64,000 nt of DNA from a virus (IMGVR_UViG_3300027808_002667:1-64000); one strand, 5' to 3'. Positions 18,579-29,607 are shown, counted from the first letter of the stretch. Made by a program: numbers and translations. Notes: generated from the letters alone by a model not told the origin.

Positions 18579-19210
18579 ACTAATGCAGGATCATATATTG
18601 AGTTTTCGTGTTCGTCATATGTTTGACCTATAAAGTCTCGGCCAACTTCTTTATAACTTTCACGCATCCAGACGCGTTCTTTAATACCATGTACCATTGC
18701 GTCGTTACTTAAAGAAGGCCAAACCATATCTCGTAAATAGAACTGATCAACTAGATATTGATGTGTAGACCAATATCGTTTAATGCCTTCTACTAGATTG
18801 TCCGACAACCCATCTTTAATTCCCCACATACCTGCAAGTATCGGAAACTCGTAATGGTTAATATGATCTCGTATTACAGACAATTTACTATTTGAATCTA
18901 ACCATTCATCAACAATTTGTCTTTCTCTTAGAGACAATCTAGAATCAGTATCTCTCGACAAAACAATGGTATCTTTTTGCATTGAGAAAAATCTCCAGAA
19001 TGCACCAAATGAACCATTGTCTATCTTAATTGTTTCTACATTAGAAAATTCATCTAATGCTGCAATGTAAATTTTTGGCACAGTCTGGTCATAATAAAAG
19101 TGACAAACCCATTCTGGAAAAAACTTTCTTGCCAATTGGGCATTTCTAATTGCACCAACACAATACTTAGGGTTGTCTCCCCACAAACTAAATGCTATAA
19201 TTTTTTTCAT
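18575..19210 (-). CDS. Putative glycosyltransferase-like protein
   Basis: IAFSLWG, FWRF, SRDTDSR (DxD), ILAGMWG. Confidence 0.55.
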   Translation of the reverse strand: MKKIIAFSLWGDNPKYCVGAIRNAQLARKFFPEWVCHFYYDQTVPKIYIAALDEFSNVETIKIDNGSFGAFWRFFSMQKDTIVLSRDTDSRLSLRERQIVDEWLDSNSKLSVIRDHINHYEFPILAGMWGIKDGLSDNLVEGIKRYWSTHQYLVDQFYLRDMVWPSLSNDAMVHGIKERVWMRESYKEVGRDFIGQTYDEHENSIYDPALV

Positions 19211-19211
19211 T

Positions 19212-19922
19212 TTAGGTATAATACTTAGACAGAGCATCTTTGTTATTTTTAATAAGACCAAATGCTTCTTTTACATCTGGTGTTAAACTATTATACAAAT
19301 GCCACATTTCTTGTTCTGCTTGATCCGTATTATAGTTTGTCCCCCTTGGATGTTCTATAGTATGAGCATAGTCTCTTATAACAGGTCTCTTATTAATAAA
19401 ACATAATGCAGGGAAAATGATATCCCAGCACCATCCCATTTTATATTGACTAAAATCCAAGTTGCGTTCCTTGTACCAATTGATTACATCTTTATGAATA
19501 AACCAACAAGTACAATCTGTATTAGCAACAATTTTTAATTTATCTATAGGAAAATCTAAAGTGTTGACATCTGTGCGAGTAGAATCGTACCAAGTGTAAT
19601 CTACATTCGGAGCATAAATGCCCCAATCTGTTACATCATAATATTTTTCAGCATCGTCATATAACTTTTTCCAATCATTATATGATGCGTCTGCTTGTAT
19701 ATGGAACATAACATCCGCATCAAATAGTTCAATTGCTTTTAAAAATTGAGCAGTGAAATAACTTTCTTCACCAATGTTGTGCCAATTAGGATCGTCCTCA
19801 CGGTGATTGTCGTCACTATTAATAACGACAGGCACGACCCCAATGGCACTCAGTTGCGTTTGCTTTTCTTTGGTCTTTTCATACTGACCTTGCCAATTAA
19901 AGATAAAGGTCTGTATTTTCAT
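19212..19922 (-). CDS. Putative GT-A glycosyltransferase
   Basis: FHIQADA, GIYAP, GWCWD; island context. Confidence 0.5.
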   Translation of the reverse strand: MKIQTFIFNWQGQYEKTKEKQTQLSAIGVVPVVINSDDNHREDDPNWHNIGEESYFTAQFLKAIELFDADVMFHIQADASYNDWKKLYDDAEKYYDVTDWGIYAPNVDYTWYDSTRTDVNTLDFPIDKLKIVANTDCTCWFIHKDVINWYKERNLDFSQYKMGWCWDIIFPALCFINKRPVIRDYAHTIEHPRGTNYNTDQAEQEMWHLYNSLTPDVKEAFGLIKNNKDALSKYYT

Positions 19923-20797
19923 TAAGCTCTCATATCAATTTTATTATACACCACAGAATCAAACCAATTTAAGAAATTGTTCAATATCATATAATCGCGA
20001 GGTACACCACCAGCAAGCTTAGGTGAATTTAAGAATCTGTTATATAGATCTTCATCTTCATCTAATTTCTGAATAAAGTACATAACCTCGCTCATGTTAC
20101 CAAAGTCGTGTACATTGATAAAAGAGTTAGTATTAAAATCTGATGCAACTGTTGGACTGCCCCAGTAAATAGGAATAGTCTGTGCATAGAATGCGTGTAA
20201 AATTTTCTCTGTGACGTAACCAGGATTTGACCCCGATTCAAAACAGATATTAAATTTCCTTGTGGATAAGAAATCAATCTTAGCAACTTCTCCATCTAAT
20301 TTTGCTTTAATATTGTTATACAATGCCCCGCCGCTATCTACAGGCTTAACAGCATTTAGTTGTTTAAAGAACTCATTACGTTCTTCACATCCGGGGTTTG
20401 ATACAACAAAAGAACAAAATCCTGTTTTCTCTTTAGGCGTATGCTCGCCTAGAATATGATAATACTTATAATCAGTATTGTGAATCATATCCAATGACCA
20501 CATATAGATAACAAACAATGGCAAACGATAATGCCAATTATTGTAGTTGTGATCAAATGATATTGCGTAGTGGCAATCGTAATTATCTGGTCTACGATTT
20601 TCACCTGTATAGAAAATCTTAACGCAATCCTTTTTAGACCATTTTTTATTTTCTGTACCGAAATTTTCGTCACCGAAGATCAAATAGTCAGGATTTTCAT
20701 TGTCAATTTCAATGTCATACCGATTAGACAATAAACTATAGAAGAACTGACTTAAATGATCGTGGGTGTCAGCAAACCCCAATTTTAATTTTTTCAT
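19922..20797 (-). CDS. GT10 family alpha-1,3/4-fucosyltransferase-like protein
   Basis: FYTGEN, FVVSNP, KFNICFES...GYVTEKI...IPIYWG. Confidence 0.88.
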   Translation of the reverse strand: MKKLKLGFADTHDHLSQFFYSLLSNRYDIEIDNENPDYLIFGDENFGTENKKWSKKDCVKIFYTGENRRPDNYDCHYAISFDHNYNNWHYRLPLFVIYMWSLDMIHNTDYKYYHILGEHTPKEKTGFCSFVVSNPGCEERNEFFKQLNAVKPVDSGGALYNNIKAKLDGEVAKIDFLSTRKFNICFESGSNPGYVTEKILHAFYAQTIPIYWGSPTVASDFNTNSFINVHDFGNMSEVMYFIQKLDEDEDLYNRFLNSPKLAGGVPRDYMILNNFLNWFDSVVYNKIDMRA

Positions 20798-21753
20798 AGG
20801 CTATCAGTTAATTCTTTCAAAGAGTTATGAATGTTAGCAATATCATCTGAAGACAAAGTACTAATATCACTAATAGGTGTAATAGTATATTTACACTTAA
20901 TGTCTAACCCATTTGACATTGTTTCTGTAGGTGGCTTACCAATGCCCCAGCTTACATTGTAAGACAAGAACTTTTTATTAGGATCCATATAATTTTTATA
21001 TGTTTCGCAGAAAACAAATGGTCCTGAATTCTTACCTACAATCGCATCGCAATGTTCGCTTAGATAAGAAATTTCCTGTAAGTCGCAGTTGTTAACTTCT
21101 CGATCTTCCCATGGCGCTCGTTTATCTTCAACTTCATTATCTACAATAATATCATCAGTAAATAGAACATTGTTTAATGTAGTATCAAATTTTGTAGTGC
21201 AAATAAAGTCAATATTAGGAGATTCTTCTGCAGCAAGATTGATGAAGTCTTGCATATTGTCTGAGAATGATTGTCCAGATTTAGGTGGACCATTACAGAT
21301 TAGAATCTTTTTATTGGTATGGGTCTTTAAAAATTCATCGATACTAGATACATCAAATTTTGTAAAATCAATCTCAGGTAAATATGATTCTTTATCTGTT
21401 CTTAATGCTATTTCTGTATTAAAATGCCCATTGATTGTATCTAAGATTTTATCCCATTGATGCCATAATGAGTTCATGTTAATACCACCATGCTCACAGA
21501 AAATATCCCAGAAACACCCAATCCAAGTATTAATATACAACACACCATCGTCTTGATAAAAAGGAGTTTTTGCATCTAAATTTTCAGGTGCACCAATTAC
21601 AGGAATATTTAAATCCCTAGTTAATTTAGGATGATTAAAATGCATATACTCAAAAGTAAAACCAGGCATTTCATTCTGTAGTTGACGAATAAACTCTTTA
21701 TGTGTTAACAAATCACCTCGGTGATAGTGATTAAAGAAAATAATTTTAGACAT
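20794..21753 (-). CDS. Hypothetical protein (possible GT-B-like fold)
   Basis: HRGDLL N-terminus, IVGKNSGP; island context only. Confidence 0.5.
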   Translation of the reverse strand: MSKIIFFNHYHRGDLLTHKEFIRQLQNEMPGFTFEYMHFNHPKLTRDLNIPVIGAPENLDAKTPFYQDDGVLYINTWIGCFWDIFCEHGGINMNSLWHQWDKILDTINGHFNTEIALRTDKESYLPEIDFTKFDVSSIDEFLKTHTNKKILICNGPPKSGQSFSDNMQDFINLAAEESPNIDFICTTKFDTTLNNVLFTDDIIVDNEVEDKRAPWEDREVNNCDLQEISYLSEHCDAIVGKNSGPFVFCETYKNYMDPNKKFLSYNVSWGIGKPPTETMSNGLDIKCKYTITPISDISTLSSDDIANIHNSLKELTDSL

Positions 21754-22097
21754 TACTTAACACCTTTATATAATTTTACAGAATCTTCTACTAAAGATCT
21801 GTTTGTTCTGATTGCATTGTCAACCATTAAATTAACTGCTTGCACATAACGAGGTCTTTTAACTTTAAAGCAAATGTCGCATTTGCGTTTTAAGTCTGCA
21901 ATTTCTTCATCTGATTTTGCAGCTTGAATCGCATCTTCCAACATCCACATACGAATATGAATGATTGCGAGTTTTTCAATAACTTCGCCTAGGTTATCTG
22001 TTTCAATATATTCAGAATCAGGAAGATCTCCCTTTGCCAATACATCATGAACAGTTTGTTTAATTATTGCTTCTATGCTATTACCGAAATCTATCAT
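21753..22097 (-). CDS. Small helical hypothetical protein
   Basis: NLGEVIEKLAIIHIRMWMLED helix; coupled to neighbours. Confidence 0.6.
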   Translation of the reverse strand: MIDFGNSIEAIIKQTVHDVLAKGDLPDSEYIETDNLGEVIEKLAIIHIRMWMLEDAIQAAKSDEEIADLKRKCDICFKVKRPRYVQAVNLMVDNAIRTNRSLVEDSVKLYKGVK

Positions 22098-23250
22098 CAA
22101 TTTTCTCCACAACTTGTTTTAAGAACGCCATATCTTTTTCAGTTACAAAATGATTGTTACCAATATATACACCTTGAGCATTAATCAAATCCGCATTTGT
22201 TTTGTCTTTAGATGTTTCAATTTTATAACCATTTAAAAATGGCTGTGCCAATAGATTGCCAGCAACAACTGGTCTATATTCAATACCATTTTCAGCAAAT
22301 GTTTCTTTCATAGCCATCATAATCTCTTTAGACTTGCAGATGAAAGGCAAACAAAAACTACTATTCGTTGCTGAATTTTTAATATTATAAAATAAATGTT
22401 CGTATTTGTCTATAATATCAGTAAATAATTTATGATTTCTGTTCCTAATTTCAATCATTTTATCTAAACGCTTTAACTGCGATGAACCTAGAACAGCACA
22501 AATCTCATGATTTCTAAAATTGTATCCATCAGTAACAAACAAGAATTGTTTATCAATGTCTGGATAAAGCGCAGCATAATCGTCGAATCTTGTAGAATAT
22601 CTTGCCATACCGTGACTGCGTTTTAATTGCATTAAATCATATAGGTCGGTATTGTTTGTCGAAACCATGCCACCCTCAACTGTGGACATATGATGTCCGA
22701 AATAAAAGCTAAAGGTTGCACCTAAATCATTTGCTCCGCGCTTAACACCGTTGGGATCAGTGCAACCATGTGATTCACAAACGTCATCTATAATAATTGC
22801 TTTAGGAAAAATCCTAGACAACGATTCGTTGTCTGCAGAGAACCCTAATAGATGAGTAACAAAGATCATTTTAATGTCATGTTTCTTGGAAATCTTTATT
22901 GCGTCTACAAGATCAAAACTAAAATTATCAATATTAATATCGCAGAATACAGGTTCAAGCCCTAGTTGCATAATTGGTGCAACATTAGTTACCCAAGTAC
23001 AGGCTGGCAACAATACCTTATCGCCATTCTTCAATCCATACAATTCTTTAACTGCCGCTACCAATAAGAAGTTTGCTGTGCTACCAGAAGAAACATACAA
23101 TGAATGTTTAGCACCAAGCCATTCACTCCATTCTTGCTCAAACTTTTTAACCTTTTCACCGAAGGTAAATTTTTTAGCTGTTAGCGCAAAATGCGCCATT
23201 TTTAGTCTGTCACCAAAGGTGATTGTTTCACCCATTAAAGGCCATTTCAT
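22081..23250 (-). CDS. PLP/PMP-dependent DegT-family enzyme with His at the catalytic Lys position: ColD-like GDP-4-keto-6-deoxymannose 3-dehydratase
   Basis: VSSGSTAN, DDVCESHG, SFYFGHHMSTVEGG, GYNFR; 389 aa; next to gmd and fcl. Confidence 0.75.
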   Translation of the reverse strand: MKWPLMGETITFGDRLKMAHFALTAKKFTFGEKVKKFEQEWSEWLGAKHSLYVSSGSTANFLLVAAVKELYGLKNGDKVLLPACTWVTNVAPIMQLGLEPVFCDINIDNFSFDLVDAIKISKKHDIKMIFVTHLLGFSADNESLSRIFPKAIIIDDVCESHGCTDPNGVKRGANDLGATFSFYFGHHMSTVEGGMVSTNNTDLYDLMQLKRSHGMARYSTRFDDYAALYPDIDKQFLFVTDGYNFRNHEICAVLGSSQLKRLDKMIEIRNRNHKLFTDIIDKYEHLFYNIKNSATNSSFCLPFICKSKEIMMAMKETFAENGIEYRPVVAGNLLAQPFLNGYKIETSKDKTNADLINAQGVYIGNNHFVTEKDMAFLKQVVEKIDDRFR

Positions 23251-24182
23251 ACTAACCCCTTTTCTTTTTTGTACCAATCAATAGTTTGTTTTAAGCCCAC
23301 ATCAAAAGTAACTTTAGCTTTCCAGCCTAGTTCTTTTAGCTTAGTGTTATCCATTTTGCGTCTTGGTGTGCCGTTTGGTTTGTCTTTGTTCCAAACAATT
23401 TTACCGGAAAAGCCCATTTCTTTTTTGAGCTTATTAACGAGATCTTTAATTGTAAGTTCTTCGTCACTACCAACATTAACAAATTCTGGTTTATCATAAT
23501 TTTGCATTAACCAGAAACAAGCATCTGCTAGATCATCTACATATAAAAATTCTCTAGTGGGTGTACCATCACCCCAGCACTCTATGCTGTTATCCCCTGT
23601 CTTCATAGCATTATGCATCTTAGTAATGATACCAGGAATTACGTGACCATGTTCTGGAATAAAGTTATCATTAGGTCCATATAAATTGGCAGGCATACAA
23701 CTAATAGCATTAAAGCCATATTGGCGTCTGTAATATTCGCACATACGTAAACCTGTAATTTTTGCTAGTGCATAACCTTCATTGGTTGGTTCAAGTGGCG
23801 CTGTTAATAAGTATTCTTCTTTAATTGGCTGAGGTGTTACCTTAGGGTAAATGCAAGCAGAACCTAAGAACAACAATTTCTGACAACCATTTCTATATGC
23901 AGAATCAATTACATTAGTTTGAATCTGCAAATTGTCATAGATGAATTCGCCAGGATTTGTCCAGTTCCAGTTAATGCCACCAACCTTAGCTGCTGCTAAG
24001 AAAACAAAGTCTGGTCGCTCTGTACTAAAGAAGTTTTTAACTGATCGTTGGTCTCTTAAATCTAATTCGCTTTTTGATCTCAGAATTAAATTTGTATAAC
24101 CTTCTTCTTTTAATTTTCTTACAATTGCTGATCCAACTAATCCTTTATGACCCGCAACAAATATTTTGCTATTCTTTTCCAT
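23247..24182 (-). CDS. fcl: GDP-L-fucose synthase / ColC-like epimerase-reductase
   Basis: AGHKGLVGSA, AAAKVGGI, LGSACIYP, YALAK, NLYGPNDNF, DGTPTREF. Confidence 0.92.
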   Translation of the reverse strand: MEKNSKIFVAGHKGLVGSAIVRKLKEEGYTNLILRSKSELDLRDQRSVKNFFSTERPDFVFLAAAKVGGINWNWTNPGEFIYDNLQIQTNVIDSAYRNGCQKLLFLGSACIYPKVTPQPIKEEYLLTAPLEPTNEGYALAKITGLRMCEYYRRQYGFNAISCMPANLYGPNDNFIPEHGHVIPGIITKMHNAMKTGDNSIECWGDGTPTREFLYVDDLADACFWLMQNYDKPEFVNVGSDEELTIKDLVNKLKKEMGFSGKIVWNKDKPNGTPRRKMDNTKLKELGWKAKVTFDVGLKQTIDWYKKEKGLV

Positions 24183-24189
24183 GATATCC

Positions 24190-25203
24190 TTAATTAAAAT
24201 TAATACACATATCTTCTACAAGGGCATTAAAAGAATGCTTAGGAGTCCAACCAAGTACACTCTTAGCCTTAGATGAATCACCCAATAATGTTTCTACCTC
24301 TGCAGGGCGGAAATATTTTTCATCTACACGAACAATAATTTTTCCTGTGTGTTCGTTAATACCGACTTCATTTAGGCCTTCACCTTCCCATCGAATTTTT
24401 AATGCAAAATATGGTGCACATCTTTCAACAAATTCTTTAACCGAATATTGCTCGCCTGTAGAAATAACAAAATCGTCAGGGGCGTCTTGTTGTAGCATCA
24501 ACCACATTGCTTCAACATAATCTTTAGCGTGACCCCAATCTCGTTTAGCATTTAAATTACCTAAATACAAACACTCTTGACGACCTGAACCAATTGATTC
24601 TAAGCCATTTACAATTTTCTTAGTTACAAAATTATGTCCACGACGAGGAGATTCGTGATTAAATAGAATGCCAGAACAAGCAAACATATTATATGATTCT
24701 CGATAGTTCTTAACGATCCAGTATGCGTAGAGCTTAGCTACACCATACGGCGATCTAGGATAAAATGGAGTTGTTTCTTTTTGTGGTATTTCTTGTACCA
24801 GACCATATAACTCAGATGTAGATGCCTGATAAATCTTACATGTCTTTTCCATGTTAAGTAATCTAACAGCTTCAAGAATACGTAATGTACCTAAGCCATC
24901 AACCATTGCAGTATACTCGGGGGTTTCAAAAGAAACCTTAACGTGACTCTGTGCTGCAAGATTATAAATTTCACATGGATTGTGTTTCTTCAATACGTTC
25001 ATAATAGACAAAGAGTCTGTTACATCACCATAGTGAAGATGCAAATTTGGATTGCTGTAGATATGGTCAATGCGACCTGTATTGATTGACGAGCTGCGAC
25101 GGATAATACCGTGAACTTCGTAACCTTTAGACAATAAAAGTTCTGTTAGATAAGAACCGTCTTGTCCTGTGATGCCCGTGATTAGAGCTACCTTTTTTTC
25201 CAT
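24190..25203 (-). CDS. gmd: GDP-mannose 4,6-dehydratase
   Basis: [43 protein letters not shown]. Confidence 0.96.
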   Translation of the reverse strand: MEKKVALITGITGQDGSYLTELLLSKGYEVHGIIRRSSSINTGRIDHIYSNPNLHLHYGDVTDSLSIMNVLKKHNPCEIYNLAAQSHVKVSFETPEYTAMVDGLGTLRILEAVRLLNMEKTCKIYQASTSELYGLVQEIPQKETTPFYPRSPYGVAKLYAYWIVKNYRESYNMFACSGILFNHESPRRGHNFVTKKIVNGLESIGSGRQECLYLGNLNAKRDWGHAKDYVEAMWLMLQQDAPDDFVISTGEQYSVKEFVERCAPYFALKIRWEGEGLNEVGINEHTGKIIVRVDEKYFRPAEVETLLGDSSKAKSVLGWTPKHSFNALVEDMCINFN

Positions 25204-25204
25204 A

Positions 25205-26041
25205 CTATAATCTCCTGAATAATATATCTTCGTTATACTGTAAAACCTTGGCAATGGTATTCTCTGAGTAATTCCACTCACCTACTCTTATATATTTATC
25301 ACCATTGATATCCATGCTATACACATCAAGATGCTCTTTTAACATACTTGGATTGAGTGCATTAGGTATCGATAAATTGGTGCAATATAATTCCTTAATA
25401 TTCTTTGAACATATTGCCGCAGCTAAAGCAAATGTCCCTATTCCCGATGTTGCTATTGCCTTTGCTCTTAGTAATAATGTTAAACTTTGTTGTACATCCA
25501 ACACATTAACATTGACACCATTATTTTTTAATACTTGTGTTATTGGACTTTTATCATCTTCAGTAATAAAAATTACTTTCTGATTAAATCTTTTATATAA
25601 TTCTAAATAAAAAGATAAAGGATTTTGTACATAAGATGGATGCGGTGCATGTGAATACACGTCTCCGCTTCGTATATGTGCAACACAAACATCATCTCCT
25701 ATAGGCTGATCTAACTCATCATGATTAACTTTTAAATTAGGCAGAATATACTTTTCACATATTTCTTTTCTTTTAAAATTTAAATCAGTAATATCTGCAT
25801 CGAAATCTTTATCTGGGCCTTCAAAAAAATAAAACCAATTGTGAGATGATTCACTTATTTTAAATTCATTGTCCCCAAATGTCAATTCAATTGCATTAAT
25901 AAATGGATGATCTGGCGATGTAAATTTTACGTTATTCTTTTCGCAGTAATATATTCCATTAGATATTTGTTGAATGTTATTACCAAGACGCCCAAACCAC
26001 CTTGGGATAAATGTGTCGTGTACTATTTCATTAGTGTGCAT
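25205..26041 (-). CDS. GT11 family alpha-1,2-fucosyl/colitosyltransferase-like protein
   Basis: GRLGNNIQQ and AHIRSGD (HxRxGD) motifs; start uncertain (no SD). Confidence 0.75.
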   Translation of the reverse strand: MHTNEIVHDTFIPRWFGRLGNNIQQISNGIYYCEKNNVKFTSPDHPFINAIELTFGDNEFKISESSHNWFYFFEGPDKDFDADITDLNFKRKEICEKYILPNLKVNHDELDQPIGDDVCVAHIRSGDVYSHAPHPSYVQNPLSFYLELYKRFNQKVIFITEDDKSPITQVLKNNGVNVNVLDVQQSLTLLLRAKAIATSGIGTFALAAAICSKNIKELYCTNLSIPNALNPSMLKEHLDVYSMDINGDKYIRVGEWNYSENTIAKVLQYNEDILFRRL

Positions 26042-26053
26042 AAAGAAAGGTGT

Positions 26054-26069
26054 AGGCGCCGAAGCGCCC
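26054..26069 (-). terminator. UUCG hairpin (terminator or mRNA stabiliser) after the AAA ATPase gene
   Basis: GGGCGC-TTCG-GCGCCT followed by a pyrimidine-rich tract. Confidence 0.6.
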
Positions 26070-26090
26070 TTGTGTTAGATTAATTCAATA

Positions 26091-27263
26091 TTAGAATGGA
26101 ATTTCGTCATCCACTTTAATTTCTGGGGGAAGTTGTGCTTCAACAACAACTTCAGGTGTACTCATTTTAACATACAAATCCATAAATGCAGTCTTTGTAT
26201 CGTCGTCAAACCTATTGATACAATAAGTAATTGCATCTTCTCTGTTATTAAAGATTGAATATGCCTGAACAATATTTACCAAACGACGTGTACTGATAAT
26301 CTCATCCACGCCACCTTCTTCAAAAGTTTTACGAATAACTTCTGCCCAGCTAATCAATTTGTCTGCAAATTCTGTATCCACTTTGCCAAAGAATTCCATT
26401 TTGTTGGCAATGATCTTTTTCTCAGTTGCGGGCGACGGATATTCTTGTTCTACAGTAATTGGGAATCGCTCAAGGAACGCATCATCCAAAATCTGAGCTG
26501 CAATAAAACGACCGTCTTCTGTACCACGACCTTTAGTGTTAGCAGTTGCTACAATAGTGAAACCTTTTTCCGCATAGATCATTTCGCCTGTCTTTTTATT
26601 GAAGTAAGGTTTGCCTTCTAGGATACTCTGCAAGCACATCATTTTATTTGAACCACGATCAATTTCGTCAATCAAAAGAATTGCGCCTCGGCGCATTGCC
26701 ATTAGTACAGGGCCTTCACGATAAATTACATTACCGTCTTGCAAAGTATTGCCACCAATAAGATCATCCTCATCCGTTTCAATACTGATATTGACCCTAA
26801 TACATTCGCGGCCCAATTTAGCCGCAGCTTGTTCTACCATTGTTGTCTTGCCATTACCTGATAGACCAGTAACAAATACGGGGTAGAATGTCTTAGATTT
26901 TAAGATCATTTCCAATTGCTTAAAAAAGCCAAAAGGGACATAGGTATTATCTTTTGCTGGGATAGTACTATCAATTTCTACTGCTAATCGTTTTTTCAAT
27001 GGAATAATTTGAGCCTGCAATGCTGGGAAAACATCTTCAGATTGCATAGTCTCACCTTTTGTAGTTTCAAATATCTGGTTCAAATCATATTGACTTTTAC
27101 CAATTTTAATTTCTCGGCAGGCAACAATAAAGTGCGGATTAGGCAATTTATTAGTTTCACAATAAGAAAGAATTTGTTCTTTAGTTACAACTTTGCCAAA
27201 TTCGGCAATCAATTTAGCAACCAATTCTTTGCGCTGTTCTTCAGAATAATGAGATTTAGACAT
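26091..27263 (-). CDS. MoxR/CobS-like AAA+ ATPase
   Basis: TGLSGNGKT, LLIDEIDRG, ATANTKGRG, AFLERF. Confidence 0.88.
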   Translation of the reverse strand: MSKSHYSEEQRKELVAKLIAEFGKVVTKEQILSYCETNKLPNPHFIVACREIKIGKSQYDLNQIFETTKGETMQSEDVFPALQAQIIPLKKRLAVEIDSTIPAKDNTYVPFGFFKQLEMILKSKTFYPVFVTGLSGNGKTTMVEQAAAKLGRECIRVNISIETDEDDLIGGNTLQDGNVIYREGPVLMAMRRGAILLIDEIDRGSNKMMCLQSILEGKPYFNKKTGEMIYAEKGFTIVATANTKGRGTEDGRFIAAQILDDAFLERFPITVEQEYPSPATEKKIIANKMEFFGKVDTEFADKLISWAEVIRKTFEEGGVDEIISTRRLVNIVQAYSIFNNREDAITYCINRFDDDTKTAFMDLYVKMSTPEVVVEAQLPPEIKVDDEIPF

Positions 27264-27298
27264 GATATAAAGTTCCAATTAAGTTCAATTCACAATTA

Positions 27299-27327
27299 AT
27301 TATAACACCTTTTTAATTGCGTGTCAA
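27299..27327 (-). promoter_or_regulatory. Early sigma70 promoter TTGACA-N17-TATAAT
   Basis: Perfect consensus; overlaps the upstream stop codon. Confidence 0.85.
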
Positions 27328-29582
27328 GCAATTTTATCAATAAATCTGCTCAAAAGCACACGATTCACACTCTTGCTTTTTTGCATTTTCATGAATGCTG
27401 TTTTCAATTCATTCCTTGAACTATTTGAATTGACATCCATTTTATCTTCTTTAATTTCCAAATCTTCACCGCCAGGAATAATATAATAATCGTCATAACC
27501 CACATTATTCAACATAAAGAATTTAGTCTTTCTAAATGATTTAAATTTCTCATCGAAATCGATTATATGTGTACCCGATCTTTCAATCCTAGATAGAATA
27601 TATCTTTTAACATGTTTAGCTTGCGGCGTAATAAAAAATCCAATTACATTTACTCCAGTAATATTTTTAAGCAAATTTAATAAACCAACTGTGAGATCAG
27701 CGCCTGGCGGTTTTTTGCCTTCAGTCATTGTACTAGTATCACGAATAATTACATTTGAGCTAAGAACATTATGGCTAGTTCCAATAAATGCTTCGCCATT
27801 TGCTCTTTGTTTATCTATAATTGTATGGGTATCATTAGATTCGCCATCTGTTAAAAACACAGTATTAACTACATCTAATTTATATTTGTCTTTGAATTGT
27901 TTTACAATTGATACACTAGAAACAATTGCCTCATTTAAAGGTGTACCATTTAATACCTCAAATTCGCCCAATTTAAATTCGCGAGGAAGATTAACATCAC
28001 TTTCTTTATAATTCCAGCTACGATTAGCATGCAATTCGCCAACCAATAACCAATATTTAACTGCTTCTTTAAATTCTGTTCCAGACATTTCGCTTGAAAT
28101 ATATTCTCTCAATCTAAATCCATTGGCATTCATAGATAGCTCTTTTTCATTTTCAGAAAACTTAGCATATTTTGGAGCAAGTTTAGGATTGTTTATATAC
28201 CTTGAAGTTGCCAAATACTCTCTATATTCTTCACTATTAGGATAGTTCATTTCTTCTACTAGATCATTTGACATCAAATCTGTAAAGGCGTATACTCGGA
28301 ATGGAATATTTACTTTGCGGCAAAATGTCGCAAGTACTAGTGTTTGTTCAATAGTAGATTTAATATTATCTGTCATTGAACCAGAGTAATCGATAAACAT
28401 TAGTAAGCCATGAGATTTGCCTTTTGGCACAACTGTCATTCGACGAAACAGGTCATCGTTAAACTTATAACCAAATACTTTTTTCATATCTAGTTCACCA
28501 GTTTTAGACACACTTGCTCTCGCAAATTGACGAGCGTTTCGTTTAAGCTCAAATTCCTTAATTAGATAAGACACATACTTTTTATTTGTGTCATGAAACC
28601 GTTTCAACAATTTTGTTTTAGACGTTTCAATAAGTGCCATTGCTTCTTCTTCGGTATATCCATATTCAGGCAAATCAGAATTTAACTTAATTGGATATTT
28701 AAAATCTTTATAATATTTTGCAATATTTTTATAAGGAACAATAATATTTTCTAATTTGGGAGTAGGCATATTAACATAGTAATATGGCTTTGTTTCATCG
28801 CTTAAAAAGTCTTTTTCGCGCTTCCGAAAATTTTTATCAGTAATAGACTCTGGTTCTAAATCGTTAAAATTATCTGGAGAGCCGGGTTTCCATCCACTAC
28901 GAGTGCCTTTACCATATTCGGTATCGCCGTCGTCCTCTTCTTCGCCATCATAATCATAATCATTGTCATCCTCGTCTTCATCATAGAATTGTTCTTCTAA
29001 TTCATCTCGCAACTCTTGTTTGCCGTTTTCAAATAAATCTTTGGCAATATTATATACATCTTCCCAAGTATCAAGTGTATCTAAACGATTTAAATACTCT
29101 TGTTCGTCAGAAGAAAATTGTACATTAAGATATGCACCAATTTTATAATGCAGATTAATTCTATCAATAAGTGGAAGCGTATCAATATCTAGTTCTCCAG
29201 AATTAACACCGAAGAAATCGTTATGCATGAGTTCAGAATAACCTTTGACAAAGGATGTTTTAAGCCCGGGAAATTTTCTTTGAATTAGCTTTTCGATTCG
29301 AACATCTTCAACGACATTCAAATAGGTCTTAAAACCTTTGCTAACATTTCCGGTAACAGCATCATGCCAACCTTCGGCAGGAGTAAAAAGAGCGTGACCT
29401 ACTTCGTGACCCAATAACAGATCATTTAGAAATTCAGACATGGTCTTCCAAATAGGAAGTACCATTACTCTATTCTTAGTATCGAAATATGCGGTCGGGA
29501 CTTTACGATGCTCAATCGTAATATTCTCAGAAGCGAGAAGTTTTGCTAGAAGGGATTTTGAAGATTTAGATGTATTTAACAT
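27324..29582 (-). CDS. CobT-like protein: N-terminal HExxH domain, acidic linker, C-terminal VWA domain
   Basis: GHEVGHALFT, VEDVRIE, DYSGSM MIDAS, GTPL, LTDGES. Confidence 0.85.
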   Translation of the reverse strand: MLNTSKSSKSLLAKLLASENITIEHRKVPTAYFDTKNRVMVLPIWKTMSEFLNDLLLGHEVGHALFTPAEGWHDAVTGNVSKGFKTYLNVVEDVRIEKLIQRKFPGLKTSFVKGYSELMHNDFFGVNSGELDIDTLPLIDRINLHYKIGAYLNVQFSSDEQEYLNRLDTLDTWEDVYNIAKDLFENGKQELRDELEEQFYDEDEDDNDYDYDGEEEDDGDTEYGKGTRSGWKPGSPDNFNDLEPESITDKNFRKREKDFLSDETKPYYYVNMPTPKLENIIVPYKNIAKYYKDFKYPIKLNSDLPEYGYTEEEAMALIETSKTKLLKRFHDTNKKYVSYLIKEFELKRNARQFARASVSKTGELDMKKVFGYKFNDDLFRRMTVVPKGKSHGLLMFIDYSGSMTDNIKSTIEQTLVLATFCRKVNIPFRVYAFTDLMSNDLVEEMNYPNSEEYREYLATSRYINNPKLAPKYAKFSENEKELSMNANGFRLREYISSEMSGTEFKEAVKYWLLVGELHANRSWNYKESDVNLPREFKLGEFEVLNGTPLNEAIVSSVSIVKQFKDKYKLDVVNTVFLTDGESNDTHTIIDKQRANGEAFIGTSHNVLSSNVIIRDTSTMTEGKKPPGADLTVGLLNLLKNITGVNVIGFFITPQAKHVKRYILSRIERSGTHIIDFDEKFKSFRKTKFFMLNNVGYDDYYIIPGGEDLEIKEDKMDVNSNSSRNELKTAFMKMQKSKSVNRVLLSRFIDKIA

Positions 29583-29607
29583 TAGGTACTCCTTGGGGAC
29601 ATACCTT

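Noticed and set aside
22081-23250. Call as perosamine synthase
   Set aside because: Catalytic Lys position is His
26091-27263. Cobalamin-synthesis AMG cobS
   Set aside because: No cobN or other cob genes; generic MoxR-VWA pair
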